DNA of 64,000 nt from Octopus sinensis (Eukaryota). Within the stretch, counting starts at the first letter, position 1; each line of letters begins with the position of its first letter. Position numbers and translations under genes: made by a program. The notes under the pieces are model-generated. The model did no database searches and was not told the DNA's origin. It saw only the letters and a program-made list of their open reading frames with translations. Below are positions 50,657 to 64,000 of the stretch, piece after piece. The DNA is taken from positions 94,860,001-94,924,000 of the forward strand of contig NC_042997.1 of NCBI RefSeq assembly GCF_006345805.1, given 5' to 3'.

Positions 50657-52218
50657 CTGTAATTGAAATGAATTCAATGTTCCAACTTTATTCAAGTATT
50701 GTGTTCTACAGATTCTGCCGCTAAGGGCGGGCATGATTGTAGATTAATCAGACACTTTCATGTTAATTGGAAGAATCGGCGATTCAGATGATCAAACATT
50801 TAAATTTCCATTGTCGAAACCAACAAAGGATCCTCCCTTTCATTTATTGTTGTATTACAAGCATTATATTGCGTTGTCTAGTAATCAACTGCTAGTATTA
50901 TTGGCGGCACTTGTAATTGTGATATCAGTCTTCCTTATCATGTGGAGCAAAGGTTAACTGAGCATTTTTTGTAGTATGGTAGTAAAGTTAGTTAAATGGA
51001 GATAACTGATAACTTCTAAGATTCTTTTAACGAAGAAGATAAGGCTCCACTTGATTATAATGCAGATATCAAAACAGACGTCAAAAGATGTTCGTTCAAG
51101 GATGTTGATTATGAATTTTGTGCTACTGGATTTTTTGTAGTTGGTATTGATGATGATGACGATGATTATGGCAGCGGGGTACAGGAAAATAGCAGCAATC
51201 GAGGTGAAGATCACATATGACCATAGCAGTAAAAGAAAAAAAAAAAAAGAATCGCAGCGACTAAGTGGCCTAATTATTAAATCGGCAGACGAAATACCAT
51301 ATGTTGTATATGCTAGATCCTTGCGTTCTGATTTCGAATTTCACAGAGAGAACTCTGCCTTCCATACTTCCAGGGTCAATAAAAGTTTATTCCTCTAGGG
51401 CAGTGAATTGCTATAGCTGTTACAGTATCTGTCGGGATACCTATTACTTTTTTTATATTTTACCTGCTCTTTGTGAACTAAGTTCAAATCCACCCGAGGC
51501 CTACGTGGGTGGCAGTATTTAGTCATCGCTCAGCTGAATATATTACTTGATACTTTGGGTGGTTTTAGCGGCGTCTACAGCATTGCAAGCTTTCGGGATA
51601 GGTAAACGATTTTGAAGATAATTTCCGCCCTTCACGTTCTCCACTCTCGGTGGTCCAGTAAAGAGCGAAGTGCAGTAATCCTCTTTCTCCATGAGCGATA
51701 AAGGCCTTGTTCATGAATTACCATTGTTGATGATAATGAATATGATAATTAGGAATACGAGATTGATGATAATGCCGTTGACAGAGATTAAAATGAATGG
51801 TATGATCATCATGATGAAAATAATACATTTTTTTTTGGTTATACATAGCGAAAACACTAAAGAACAGTTCTAACATTACTGCTGACTATCATGCAAAGCC
51901 GGTATAAAAAGTAGCTGTTTTGTTTAAAAAGGATCGGATACCGGCAATATTCGTTGTGAACTCACGAACTCGAAATAGCAAACATGCTGCATGAAAGGGG
52001 AAGCGTAAAATATTTTCACATATATTTTTCAATCTCCTACGTTAACACTATTTCCTATTATTAAACAGCTAGAATTATGAGTGTTTTCCCAGAATGATCT
52101 GGGTTTTTTTCTGTAATGGAAAATTTCCAAACACGAACGCTAAAATGCTTTCTATTATAGAATGTTTATCAAGTACTTTTCGTAAATATGTTTCTGCCCT
52201 CTTATAAAATTTTAAGTG

Positions 52219-52264
<46 letters not shown>

Positions 52265-52483
52265 ATATATATATTATATATTCATAATATACATGTATAC
52301 ACAGTTAACTATATCTATTTATGCGATGCACGCATATATGCGTATATGTGTTAAATATGGGAGCACAAACGTAATTCATTTTTCGCCTTGGCAAGCGTGA
52401 TTATAATGCATGTTTGTATATGCTTATACGAACATAGATGAATACAAATATACATGCAAGCAAGCATACATACATTCATACGC

Positions 52484-52530
<47 letters not shown>

Positions 52531-52532
52531 AA

Positions 52533-52655
52533 TACATGTGTGTTTGAGTGTATACATATATATATTTATGTGTGCGTGTGCTCAGGTATATATTTAGGTA
52601 TATACATACATACATACGTACATACATACATACATACACACACACACACCACACA

Positions 52656-52692
<37 letters not shown>

Positions 52693-52780
52693 CATGTGTG
52701 TTTGAGTGTATACATACATATATATATTTATGTGTGCGTGTGCTCAGGTATATATTTAGGTATATACATACATACATACG

Positions 52781-52860
<80 letters not shown>
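52533..52860. repeat. Tandem duplication of a 158-bp microsatellite-rich unit
   Basis: tacatgtgtgtttgagtgtatac…ctcaggtatatatttaggtatatac… starts at both 52533 and 52691. Confidence 0.9.
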
Positions 52861-52865
<5 letters not shown>

Positions 52866-53227
52866 GCATTAACAGCAGCAGTTGATGTTCGTCCATTACT
52901 ACTGCAGGAAGAGAAGCAGGGAAATAAATAAACCAGTAACATATCCTATATAGCATACTTTATTGTATGTAGAGGCGAAGTGAAAAATCTTATGTAGACA
53001 TGTGAAGCAAAAATTTAAACTATGGCACAATAAAAGTGTGACATTTAATCCGCTTATGAAAGTATTAGTCACTATGTAAACTACTTCCAACTACAAAGTC
53101 TACGAGCACTCCGACTTCACATATAATGCAGACATTTCCATCATATACATACGCATACACACGTATATATAAATACACGCAAACATACTAACATGCATAT
53201 TTAAAAATAAATACTCATATATATATA

Positions 53228-53272
<45 letters not shown>

Positions 53273-53330
53273 ACATATATACACATGGTTACACCCGCAC
53301 ACATGTATATATTTACTCAGACACACAAAT

Positions 53331-53389
<59 letters not shown>

Positions 53390-54861
53390 CACATATGCTC
53401 CGACACAAACTCACAATACAGAAATTCAGAAAGCGAACCTCATATGCACATGTAGATATATATATACGCACAGACACATACATACATGTGCATAAAATAA
53501 TTGTGTGTGTGTGCGACCGCCCACTCGTGTGTGTGTGTGTGTGGTTTTCGTGGTCTCAGCTTTCTCTGGTATGAGTGATTAATTAGCTACCACGTTTATG
53601 CCGAGCTAGCTAACTGCTGGCAGTTTTCGACTTGTGATATGTGTGCAGAGAATGTTTTCTAAAAAGTGCTGACCACACCCTCACCCACATATATCTTCAG
53701 TCTGTAACATACGCAGTTTAGTCTAGATTTATAGGTATCTGGAAAAACTTTGACATTGATGGTTTACTTAGTTACTTAGGGAAGAAATTTGAACGCTTAG
53801 AAATGAGAATTAAATTAGTTGAAATTTTCCTTCCTCTAACGTAGTGCTTTAGCTGTTGCTCATCCCTATATTACATGCCTATGTTATTCTATATACATGA
53901 AACCAATCGAAATATATTGCCTGATAATGCAGTTCAACCGCATCGTTCATGCATCTTACAATGACATAATATGTGGCAACTGAGCGATTGATAAATAGCA
54001 CCAAATGCTGGTGTTTGTTGGTTTTATTCATTTCGTGGGTGTTTTTGTTGTTGTTACTGCTGAGCATCGGATAAGTTCTGATCGAGAACAACTATATAAG
54101 ATTGATATTGTAATGATTGTCATCAATCAAGTTAATACCAGTGGTATTCCAGAGTTTATTTACTCACATATTGACTGTAATAAAGATATTTGCATTGTGT
54201 CTCTACCAACTGATATATGGGAGATGGTAAAACTGTCGAACACTTGAGCAAATACAGTATAATAGATAGATTGTCTTTGGAGAGAAATTTCTCGAATGGC
54301 TGAACAACATCTGGCAATCTGTTTCAGATATATAAAAATAAAGTAAACTTGTAACCTCAATACGTCTCTCAGGGTACCAACACCAGTCATCCGGTGAAAG
54401 TGTACATAGTTACTCGATTTATTAGAAAGACAAGCCAAATATCGCTCAAAACATATCCTGTTGTCTTTAAAAAAGCAATGCTATACGGGGTAATATACTC
54501 CTGGCTGCTCATGAAAGGACAGGATGATCATGGATAGAACACATTTAGTCATTGGTTTGCTAAAGCGTGGCCGACCTGGGATTGAACAATAACAGTAGCA
54601 ACCAACCGGCTGGTTTTTCATACATTTTTGTATCTTCATAGTTTTACACGGTATGCGAGGAAGACGATCACATGACACATTGTCGAGTTAGATATATAAG
54701 AGAGTAGGTAACTGGAAGTTCACTTTCGGATGTGTTAACATGTCAGGGATATTTAAGTTGGCTTTCTAGTAGGCAGAGTGAACTGGTAGAATTTCCTTCT
54801 TTTGAACTGATGTTTTAAATATTTTGTTTTCATAGACAGACAAATAGATAACTAGATGGAG

Positions 54862-54946
<85 letters not shown>

Positions 54947-56182
54947 ATTGGGCACAAGGGAAATATTTATTTCAGTTTGCGTAGACACCATGTTTCTGTA
55001 GGCATAATTTCAAATGAAACAATGCTTGCGAAGGAAGGAAAGAGATATCGCACGAGGATGTACATTTTCTCAGATCCTTAAACCAATGTGCTCGGTACAG
55101 TTTTTAAACAGCTGGTCTGTCATTCAGACTTATAAGAATATTTTAGACAGTGGGATATTAATGTATTCATCCACAAGTAGCAGTCAATACAGAGTGCCTT
55201 TACGTAGTCTTTACGTAGACATGGTAGAAATAAGAGCATAGTTCTAGGTAGGTAATGTTTGAAAAAAAAAGGAAGACAAGATGGCATAGCTTCAATACTT
55301 CCTCCTCATCCTCCCTCATCCTCCCCTCCCCTCCCCCTCCTCCTCCACTTCCTCCTCCTTATCATCACCATAATGACCAGCAGCATCATCATAACCATCA
55401 TCATTATCATTCGATCTGATGCAAAACAATGACAAATTCTGGTGCACGTTATTAGGAGACCTTTTGCTTGTTTACCGTAATGGGAAGAAGTATTTACCTT
55501 TTAATAGAAGGAAATGCGTCGAAGTTTCCTCCAGTGTAATTCAGAATAATGGCGGTTTTATCCGCTCACGCAATGTATTTTTCTATTTTCGATGACGTTA
55601 TATTGAGAGCACACGTTAAAATTTTTTTGAGATATACAAGATAAGGATCGCGTTTAGCAACGAGTCATCACATATAGTCTGAGGCTAGAATGATTATATC
55701 AGTATATAGATTTTCACCAGTAGTTTTGTGCATATTTGTACACACAGAATTAATTATTCTCGTATTTCTCTTAAAATTTTGAAAAATGTAGTGAAACATC
55801 TGCAGAAGATTTTTGAGATTTATTGACGTTTATTTAACACTATGAAACCAATTTAGCATTAACTCTTACAACTTCCTATGGTTATATTGTAAATAATCTT
55901 ACTAATAAAGTTTTTAATGCACATTAAGGACCAAAATTAATTGGCATCACTGGGTGTGAGTGTAATTCAGGTTAGGATAAATAGAGAACTACATACTCAA
56001 TTGCACTTACTTCAGGTAATCTACCCTGTGAACTTCCCCAAGTTATGAATAATTATAAGAGAAAATAGACCCTGTATGAAGCTATACGACCTCCTCGGTG
56101 TAGTAGCCAAATCCCTCATCAAACTACACCTTACAATTTTAAAAATGGATGGTCACATTTATAAAATATAGACTTATATATA

Positions 56183-56215
<33 letters not shown>

Positions 56216-56502
56216 GAGAGAGAAAGAGAGAGTGAGAGGGAGAGATAATGATGCAAATAATCGAATAAAACTTCTTGGTTTTGATTATTTGTTTATTAGG
56301 AGTTATATTTATTTATTTGGATCATTATCCCCATATCTACTCACCTGGATTCCTCTTATAGCCACTCTTTACCCTGCGGAACTGCTCCTCGTTTAAAACT
56401 TCAGAGTGTAAGTTCGACTCATTTGAGCGTTATTAAGAGGTTTTTTTTTTATATTGAGATTCTCTGGATCTTAACTGTTAACTCTCTCTCTCACTCTCTC
56501 TC

Positions 56503-56542
<40 letters not shown>

Positions 56543-57296
56543 GTATATATATTTTTCTGGATGAAATATGAGACTGCCTCGGTTCAAATGTTTTTGGTCA
56601 CTGATCAGTTCGATTAGAGTTGACATAGGAATAAACCACAATATTCAAAAACAACATTAATCTTGATTTATTACCTAACTACAAAGAAGTATTCTTGTGC
56701 GCGAAAAGAGGTGATTTATCTTTGTTGAGCTATCGAGGCAAATCGTAAAATTGGCATATGGGAGTTGTATGAAATGCGATCCAATGCTGGATCAATATAA
56801 ACAGCAAGAAAGCCATCGTTTTATTTGCTCTAATGAATCGTAAGACATTCTCAAAAAATACAAGATACACGTTTGATTATTCTCTTGCTCGCGGCTTTCT
56901 CGAAGACGTTACGAAGTTTTCAATAGAATATCAAATACAGATCGGACATACATAAATCTAGCAAAATGCTGCTACACAGTAGTATATCTGAATGATAATA
57001 TTTTGCGTATATTCCTTTCCTCTTTCTATCTTGATGAGAGTTTTATACGTATACTCACGCCTTTAGGTCCATAAAGATTATAAAATTACGAAACGTGAAA
57101 CTGAATCTCTGTACTCCAACTGTTTGGCTATATTCTATAAATAATAAGAGAAACTACTAGATTATGTAATATAGAAGCACGTATATACGTACGCATGTAT
57201 GTGTTTACCTACATATTATGTATATATATATGCGCGCGCGCACAACAACACACACGCACATATATACTTCTATCTTCCTATCGATACATGTGTGTG

Positions 57297-57354
<58 letters not shown>

Positions 57355-57823
57355 GGGCATTATTATACATACATGCCACACGCTAAGAGGGACATTAGTC
57401 ATTTCTACCAAAAATTTTACTAATCTTACCCAATGCAATTTTTCAAAGCAAGACATTTAAAAAATGAATTTAGTCTTGTATCACCTGTGATTTCGTACTT
57501 ACGTACTCATCAGCAAGACTGGTTCTGAACGCATCATAAAAAAACGACCTGTCTCGCAGAAGCCAAACAGCTAACTGTTCAACCCCAACGAAGCACATGG
57601 GGAAGTTTACATATAATACATCCGGTAAATGGCAGGCTTCTTCGAATTGCATTTCGGATAAGAAAAGTTTTTTTTCACGCTATCTACCTGATAATTTCTT
57701 GTTAAGATTCCTTATTAAGAAGTTATCCTTAATTGTTAAATATATATATATATATATGTAAATGTACACGGACAAGTATTTATACACACAAACACACACA
57801 CACATATATGTATACATACATAT

Positions 57824-57860
<37 letters not shown>

Positions 57861-57910
57861 GCGTATGCGCACATACCACTACACTCACAGAGAGATGAGG
57901 AGAGAAAGGG

Positions 57911-57976
<66 letters not shown>

Positions 57977-58938
57977 TAAGCATAGATTTATAAGTTTGAT
58001 AGAACAAACAGAATGAATATATTTCAATGCATGAGTGTCTATAATAAAATGTTTTGGAGTTGGTAGAAATTTGTAGATAACTGAAAGACCGAATGTTTCG
58101 CCAATAGCACTTATACATACATACAATGTGACTGTTTCATCCCCCAAGATGTCTGCCGTCTCTTTGTGCTTCCCCTTTCATAATTGTAGTTCTGGTTTTC
58201 TAGCCATGACCGCTCAAATGACTATTCATTCTCGTTGCCACCCTGTATAGGAGCCAGACGTTAGTTGTAAATTGCAGTACGCTTCCAATTGGTTAGGCCA
58301 TCACAGATCACCACTCTTCAATCGTCATTGGACTTTCAATGGATGACACGACAAAATAATATTACCATAAAAACATATATGTGCGCCATCGGTTAATAAT
58401 GATGAGCGTTTGAACAATGCGAACATTTGTCTCTGAGTAACCGGGATTAGTTCTTAGTGACAAGCCGACGCTAGATGATATCTAATTACCTGAAGCTGCA
58501 GGTTTTTACATCAGTGTGTCCCTCTTCTAGAAGTATACAGTGACAGTAACTGCTGGTCTCTCACTCTTGCAATGTTACTGCGCTCTATGACACCCTCCAA
58601 AGGTATTTCTCAATTCGCCCACTCGGATGGAATGTCATCACATGTGTTACTAAAATCATCGTTGCGGTCCTAACAGATATTACTCTTCTGGGTCAGCGTA
58701 GACCTTGGAACACTTGTAGCTAAGATGGTTTCTCATTCCTCAAAGTCCTAGATCTCCTGGACGTAGTTTGAAGATAGACGCAGGACCTATCTACTTACGT
58801 ACTTTACACACTGTTGTACATTTCGCACTACTTACACACCTACCTACCTACCTACCTACCTACATGCATGCATGTATACATACATACATACATACATACA
58901 TACATGTATACAGGCTTACATGCGTGTATACAAATATA

Positions 58939-59763
58939 CAGGGTGCGGTGAATATATTGACGTCTAAATTACGCAAAAACTGAAAATAACACTGACACCT
59001 CATTTTGACCGATATATTCACCAAAATTACATAAGAATATCTTGAAATACTAAAGAGTAAATTTATTCAATAAAATCGCCATTGCCTTCAATACGGCTTC
59101 CAGACGACTTCGGAATCTCTTCTGCACGGTCACCTTGTTTAAGTTGGCAAATGCTGCCATAATCCTTGCCTTTCAGTTCATCTTTAGTATTACAAGGAGT
59201 TTTGTTGGTCTCTCGATCAACTGCGCCCCACACATAATAATCAAAAGGGTTGCAGTATGGAGAGTTAGATGGTCAGATGTTAGGAGTGATGTGGTCGCAG
59301 AAATTTTCTGACAGCAATGACTGGGTTCTCCTCCTTGTGCATCACGTTGCGGAATCCTATTGCCAAACATAGGGTCTTCCAGCAGCCACCCATTTCACCC
59401 AGAGCAGCACTACATCCTCTAGGTTCCTGATATAAGCCTCCTTGTTGAGTCTTAGGCCGTCTGGGAAGTTGAATGTTGACTGGATGCTTGATTTTTATCA
59501 TCTCGGTACATGCTTTGGGGACACAAGTCAAACGTGGTTCTGCATGTTCCCCATGTGTTCAAACTGGAAATTCTGGCATGAATGCCAAGCAGTACAGTAT
59601 ATCGCTTCCAAATTTCTAGCTGAGTGAATTGCTTCATGGTGCTGTTTTTCTCACAGACGGTGCCCATCTGACGTATTATACCGTGTTGTCGACAAAATCA
59701 AAAACAATAAGCATGCGCGAAATTAAAAATACAAAATGCCGACAATTTACAAACCACACCCTG
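58939..59763 (-). mobile_element. Tc1/mariner DD37D (maT-type) transposon, internally deleted and decayed
   Basis: TA-CAGGGTG(C/T)GGT TIRs at both ends with TA TSD. The minus-strand remnant GRPYVWQ*DSAT…ENFCDHITPNI*PSNSPYCNPFDYYVWGA has 37 residues between the last two Asp. Confidence 0.88.
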
Positions 59764-59771
59764 TAGCTATG

Positions 59772-59882
<111 letters not shown>

Positions 59883-60926
59883 GTGTGTGTGTATATATGT
59901 ATGCGTCTGTGGTTCTCTCTCTCTGTATCTCCCTATATATATATACATATACCCAGCAGTCTTCTTTCAGTTTCCGCCAACCAATTTCACTCACATTATT
60001 TTGTGAGTGGATATGGTTGCGCGAAATAAAAATATAAAAATGGCAACAATTTACCCATCACAATCTGTATATACAGGTATGCATGTATATATGCATGCAT
60101 GTATGTATCCATATATATATGCATACATACATTGATATATTTATGCATATATATGTACGTGCTTACATCCATGCAATATTGTTCATTGTAATTATATCGT
60201 GAATTTCATTGCCCAATAAGGAACACTGTAAGATCGGATTTCATAAATATTTGCCTATTTCCTACTAAAATTGAAGGAAATATTGTTGGGCAGTGATTGA
60301 CCAGGAAGACAAGCTGATACGCGCATGTATCTGTCCTCAACTCTCTGTATGTCTGTCTGCCTGTCTGTCTTTCTTTCTCGTATACTTTCTACTTCATATC
60401 TTGAAAGAGTTGAATGGTGTGTGCATGTGTGTATGAATTACATCTATTTCATTATATGAGATAGGTCGTTGCAGTAAGTGTCATTGTGAGTTATGAGCTA
60501 CGCATGAAGGGTGTGATATGTAGTGTGGGAATTGATAACTGCGTTTCGGTTACATATATCGCTGTAATTATGTTTCATAATGATAAACATACATCATTCC
60601 TCATACTTAAAAATACAAAATTAATCGTGAACATATATACATATACATCTAAGCGAGAGTGCTCAATAAAAAGGAATGTGGTTTAGGATAATGATATACA
60701 CAACAATACAGCTAATATAAAGGGACACTTGAAAATATAATTAAGTCACATATATGTCGAAATATATTTTGATTTATTTTAATGACTCATCCTACAGGCG
60801 GTATTTATAAATCGCTGCTTATGTATCAATGTGAGCATAAAACCACCTACACACACAAGTGCGCGCGCAAATGTATATATATATATATGCACGTAAACAC
60901 ACACATATACACACACACACACACAC

Positions 60927-60995
<69 letters not shown>

Positions 60996-61059
60996 GCATA
61001 TATATACATATATGTATATATGTATACATATATGTATATATGCATATATAAATATATAT

Positions 61060-61097
<38 letters not shown>

Positions 61098-61179
61098 TAT
61101 GTATATGTGTATATATGCATATATATATATTTATATATGCTATATGTATATGCATATATGTATATCATGTCCTTCTGTC

Positions 61180-61575
61180 TAACTTCTGTTCTACTTCCAC
61201 TTTCCTGCCCTTTTCTCTTTCTCTTTTCATTTTTTGTCGCCACCAATAATACCTACACCGACATTCACACCTGTCACCATGCCTGACCTCCACTCCTTCC
61301 TCCAGCACCTTCAATCCCTTCTTTGTAGAAAGAACCATTTCTTCACTCATTCCTCTTCCGACATTCCAATATGTGACCGCGTGTGTATTGTTGACGATTT
61401 TCTTTCTCTGTCTTCCTTTCTTTGTACTTTCTCTATATTTCTGATGAAGAGCTCCGCTCGAAACGTGAAATCCTTTTTCTTTTCTTTCCTTTCCTGATCG
61501 TCCAATAACACAGTAATTGTACCACGTCCTTGTATTATTGCTTTTTCTTGCTTGTTCTTGTTTGGATTGATCATT
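61180..61575 (+). mobile_element. Non-coding PLE-type terminal element (family Z) with hammerhead at 61437-61471
   Basis: Pyrimidine/C-rich body followed by attt-CTGATGA-a-gagc(tcc)gctc-GAAACGT-g-aaat; flanked by (TA)n/(CA)n. Confidence 0.6.
61437..61471 (+). ncRNA. Minimal type I hammerhead motif with canonical core but G at the cleavage position
   Basis: CUGAUGA, 4-bp stem II, GAAA, palindromic ACGU and 4-bp stem I. N17=G predicts poor cleavage. Confidence 0.7.
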
Positions 61576-61751
61576 TATATGTATATACGTATATATGCAT
61601 ATATATGCATATATGTACATATGTATATATGCATTCACACACACACACACACACACACACGAATATTAAACTGTAAGAATGAGTGCTCAAGACTACATTG
61701 GTGAATGAATATATTTTATTTGTCGGTTAACAAGTCTACCAATGGGAGAAT

Positions 61752-61905
61752 AGGCGCAGGCCTGGCTGTGAGATAAGAAGGTGGCTTCCCAGCCACATAG
61801 TTTCATGTTCAGTTCCACTGCGTGGCATCTTGAGGAAGTGTCTTCCACTATAGCCTCAGGGCTTGTGAGTGGATTTGGTGAACGGAAACTGAAAGAAACC
61901 TGTTC
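61752..61905 (+). mobile_element. SINE family B 5' half
   Basis: ggcgcaggcctggctgtg…gttcagttccactgcgtggcatcttgaggaagtgtcttccactatagcc. Confidence 0.85.
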
Positions 61906-61918
61906 TATACATATATGA

Positions 61919-61971
<53 letters not shown>

Positions 61972-61991
61972 CATGCGTATATATATATATA

Positions 61992-62031
<40 letters not shown>

Positions 62032-62044
62032 AACACATATACCT

Positions 62045-62250
62045 TTGTCCAACCAGTCGCCATGATTGACTGCTAAATGCACAAGTTCTTTTATTCTCTC
62101 TCTGTTTATTTCCTCGTGTTCCTTTATGTTGAAGAGTGTAGGCTCGACGCATCAAAGACTTTCTCATCTTAACGAGTCAAACTAATACACCTGTTTGTTG
62201 TTTATACACCTGTCTTCTTCTTTTGTTTTTCTGTACATTTCAGCTTTATA
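62045..62250 (+). mobile_element. Family X hammerhead-bearing repeat (degenerate motif at 62121-62157)
   Basis: Homologous to 7020-7235; ccttt-ATGTTGA-a-gagt(gtag)gctc-GAcgc. Confidence 0.6.
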
Positions 62251-64000
62251 TGTTTATACATATATAAAATATAAATCAGAGGTTATGCTACCATTTATGG
62301 GATAGATGTATCCGTAGGCACCCTTGGTATATTACCTCAGTATGTATGGCCCTCGTTATAAGGTATACATACGGTGGTAGGTAATTTGACGGTAAAACCG
62401 TGGTTTAATATATGTATAGACGATAAGAAATGGAGCAATAATTAACAATGAGAAGTGGATCATTGGCGTTTTAAAGTCATTGTTTAATTAATTTCAATAA
62501 TGACTTTAAAACACCAATGTTCTACTTCTTATTATTAATTATTGCTCCATTTGTTATCGTCTCACTCTCTCTCTTCTCTCTCTCTCTGTATATATATATA
62601 CACACACACAATATATATATATATATATACATTAGACTTATGTGTCTGTGTGTGTATATACACACACACACACACATTTGACTGCAAACTATCTGCAATG
62701 AGACAGTGATATAAACCGTAGATGGATAAAGAAATTTGATTACTATTTGTATTATCAATTTCAAAATGATAGGCCACGCTTATTACATGCTATTTGGCAA
62801 ACAATAACTCTGTTGCCTTGAGTTTCCAATTGGCCAACTAATGAAATTTTCATGACGATGAGAATACAAAGGAAAATCTTCAACCCGATGTAGAACAAAT
62901 ATCTCTAGCGTCTCCGTTCTAGAAGCACTATCGGTGAAAGTTTCTCAGATATACACACACAGGTGATATGCTTCCACACAAGTTATGCTGATAATGTTCT
63001 ACTCAAAACGCATTGACCAACCCAAAGCTATAGAATAAATCATTTGGTCAAGATGCCGCTCGGTGGCATCGAACCTGAAACAACATGACTGCGAAGCAAA
63101 CTCCTTAATCACTCCACCACACCTGCATTCATTGCATCTCAGGATATAAGCTAAATAATTGAAATGATTTAATCCGTAATTTCAGCGCGTCTGCAACTCC
63201 TTCACCTTTGTAATAACAATAATAAGAACAACACTAAGAAAAACATCTGTTGTAATTCTAACACCGGTAATGTGTGAACACTGAATATCTTGTCTCTCCT
63301 TTCAATGCTTCACAGCAGCTTTGATCACGAGCAAGATTAATTCGTTTCCAATCAACTCTTGTCGGCTTACTTGTGCTGTGCAAATATCGTTTAGCTGCTC
63401 TGCATAATCACATTTGATAGACATGGTGGCGCATTATTTTACATCAATTTCCCCACCTGTTTGGTTTCAACACTGTAATGCTGCCGTTTCTATTGTCTCC
63501 TTCATTCTGTTATTTTTTTTTATTTTTCTTTAATTTTTTTTCATATTTTTACCAATTACATTGTGTTTATGCTTGCGAGGTTTTCTTTTCTTTACTTCTA
63601 AATTTGTTACCACAACCAATAGTAACATTTATCGAAATCAGCTAACTTTTATCACTTACGACAGCAATAAGACTGCCATCTATGTGCCCACGCAACTATT
63701 GTTATCACTAGTGCTTAAATGCATTAAAACTCTCGCTCGCTACTATTGTCAATAACAATAGCATCACTTTTTATCATAACATTGCTGTCGCCACAGGCAA
63801 ACAGGATGTTCTCTATATTGTATCAAAATAACACCCAGTATAAATCATTTTCTTAAAGGCAGCTACCATCACGAACACCACCGACACCATCATATTCACC
63901 ATCACCAACATCAACAACCGCATCACTACCACCAGATAGACAACAATAACGATCCCCTTCCTAAAATCTTCTGCACCACACCATCAAATAAAACAACAGA

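Overview
AT-rich, microsatellite-dense animal genomic DNA. The SINE families, Penelope-like elements and (TA)n/(CA)n density point to an octopus (coleoid cephalopod) genome; this comes from recognition, not a database search. No complete host gene, rRNA, bona fide tRNA or CRISPR array can be supported, and most ORFs in the track are microsatellite read-throughs. The window holds three tRNA-derived SINE families, a decayed Penelope-like retroelement (RT + GIY-YIG) plus a truncated sister copy, a Tigger/pogo transposase remnant, a DD37D (maT) Tc1/mariner deletion derivative, a hAT MITE and two diverged ORF1/gag-only elements in tandem. Three signals stand out. (1) Eight minimal hammerhead-ribozyme-like sites, most degenerate, from about four repeat families: four copies share a non-canonical U6 core (CUGUNGA), and one family has a tRNA-like Pol III head upstream of the ribozyme inside the Penelope terminal repeat. 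(2) Two RT-less L1/Tx1-type ORF1-only elements lie head-to-tail inside a SINE, apparently at the same target site, and share a 3' stem-loop. (3) At least five local fold-back or inverted templated insertions are present.
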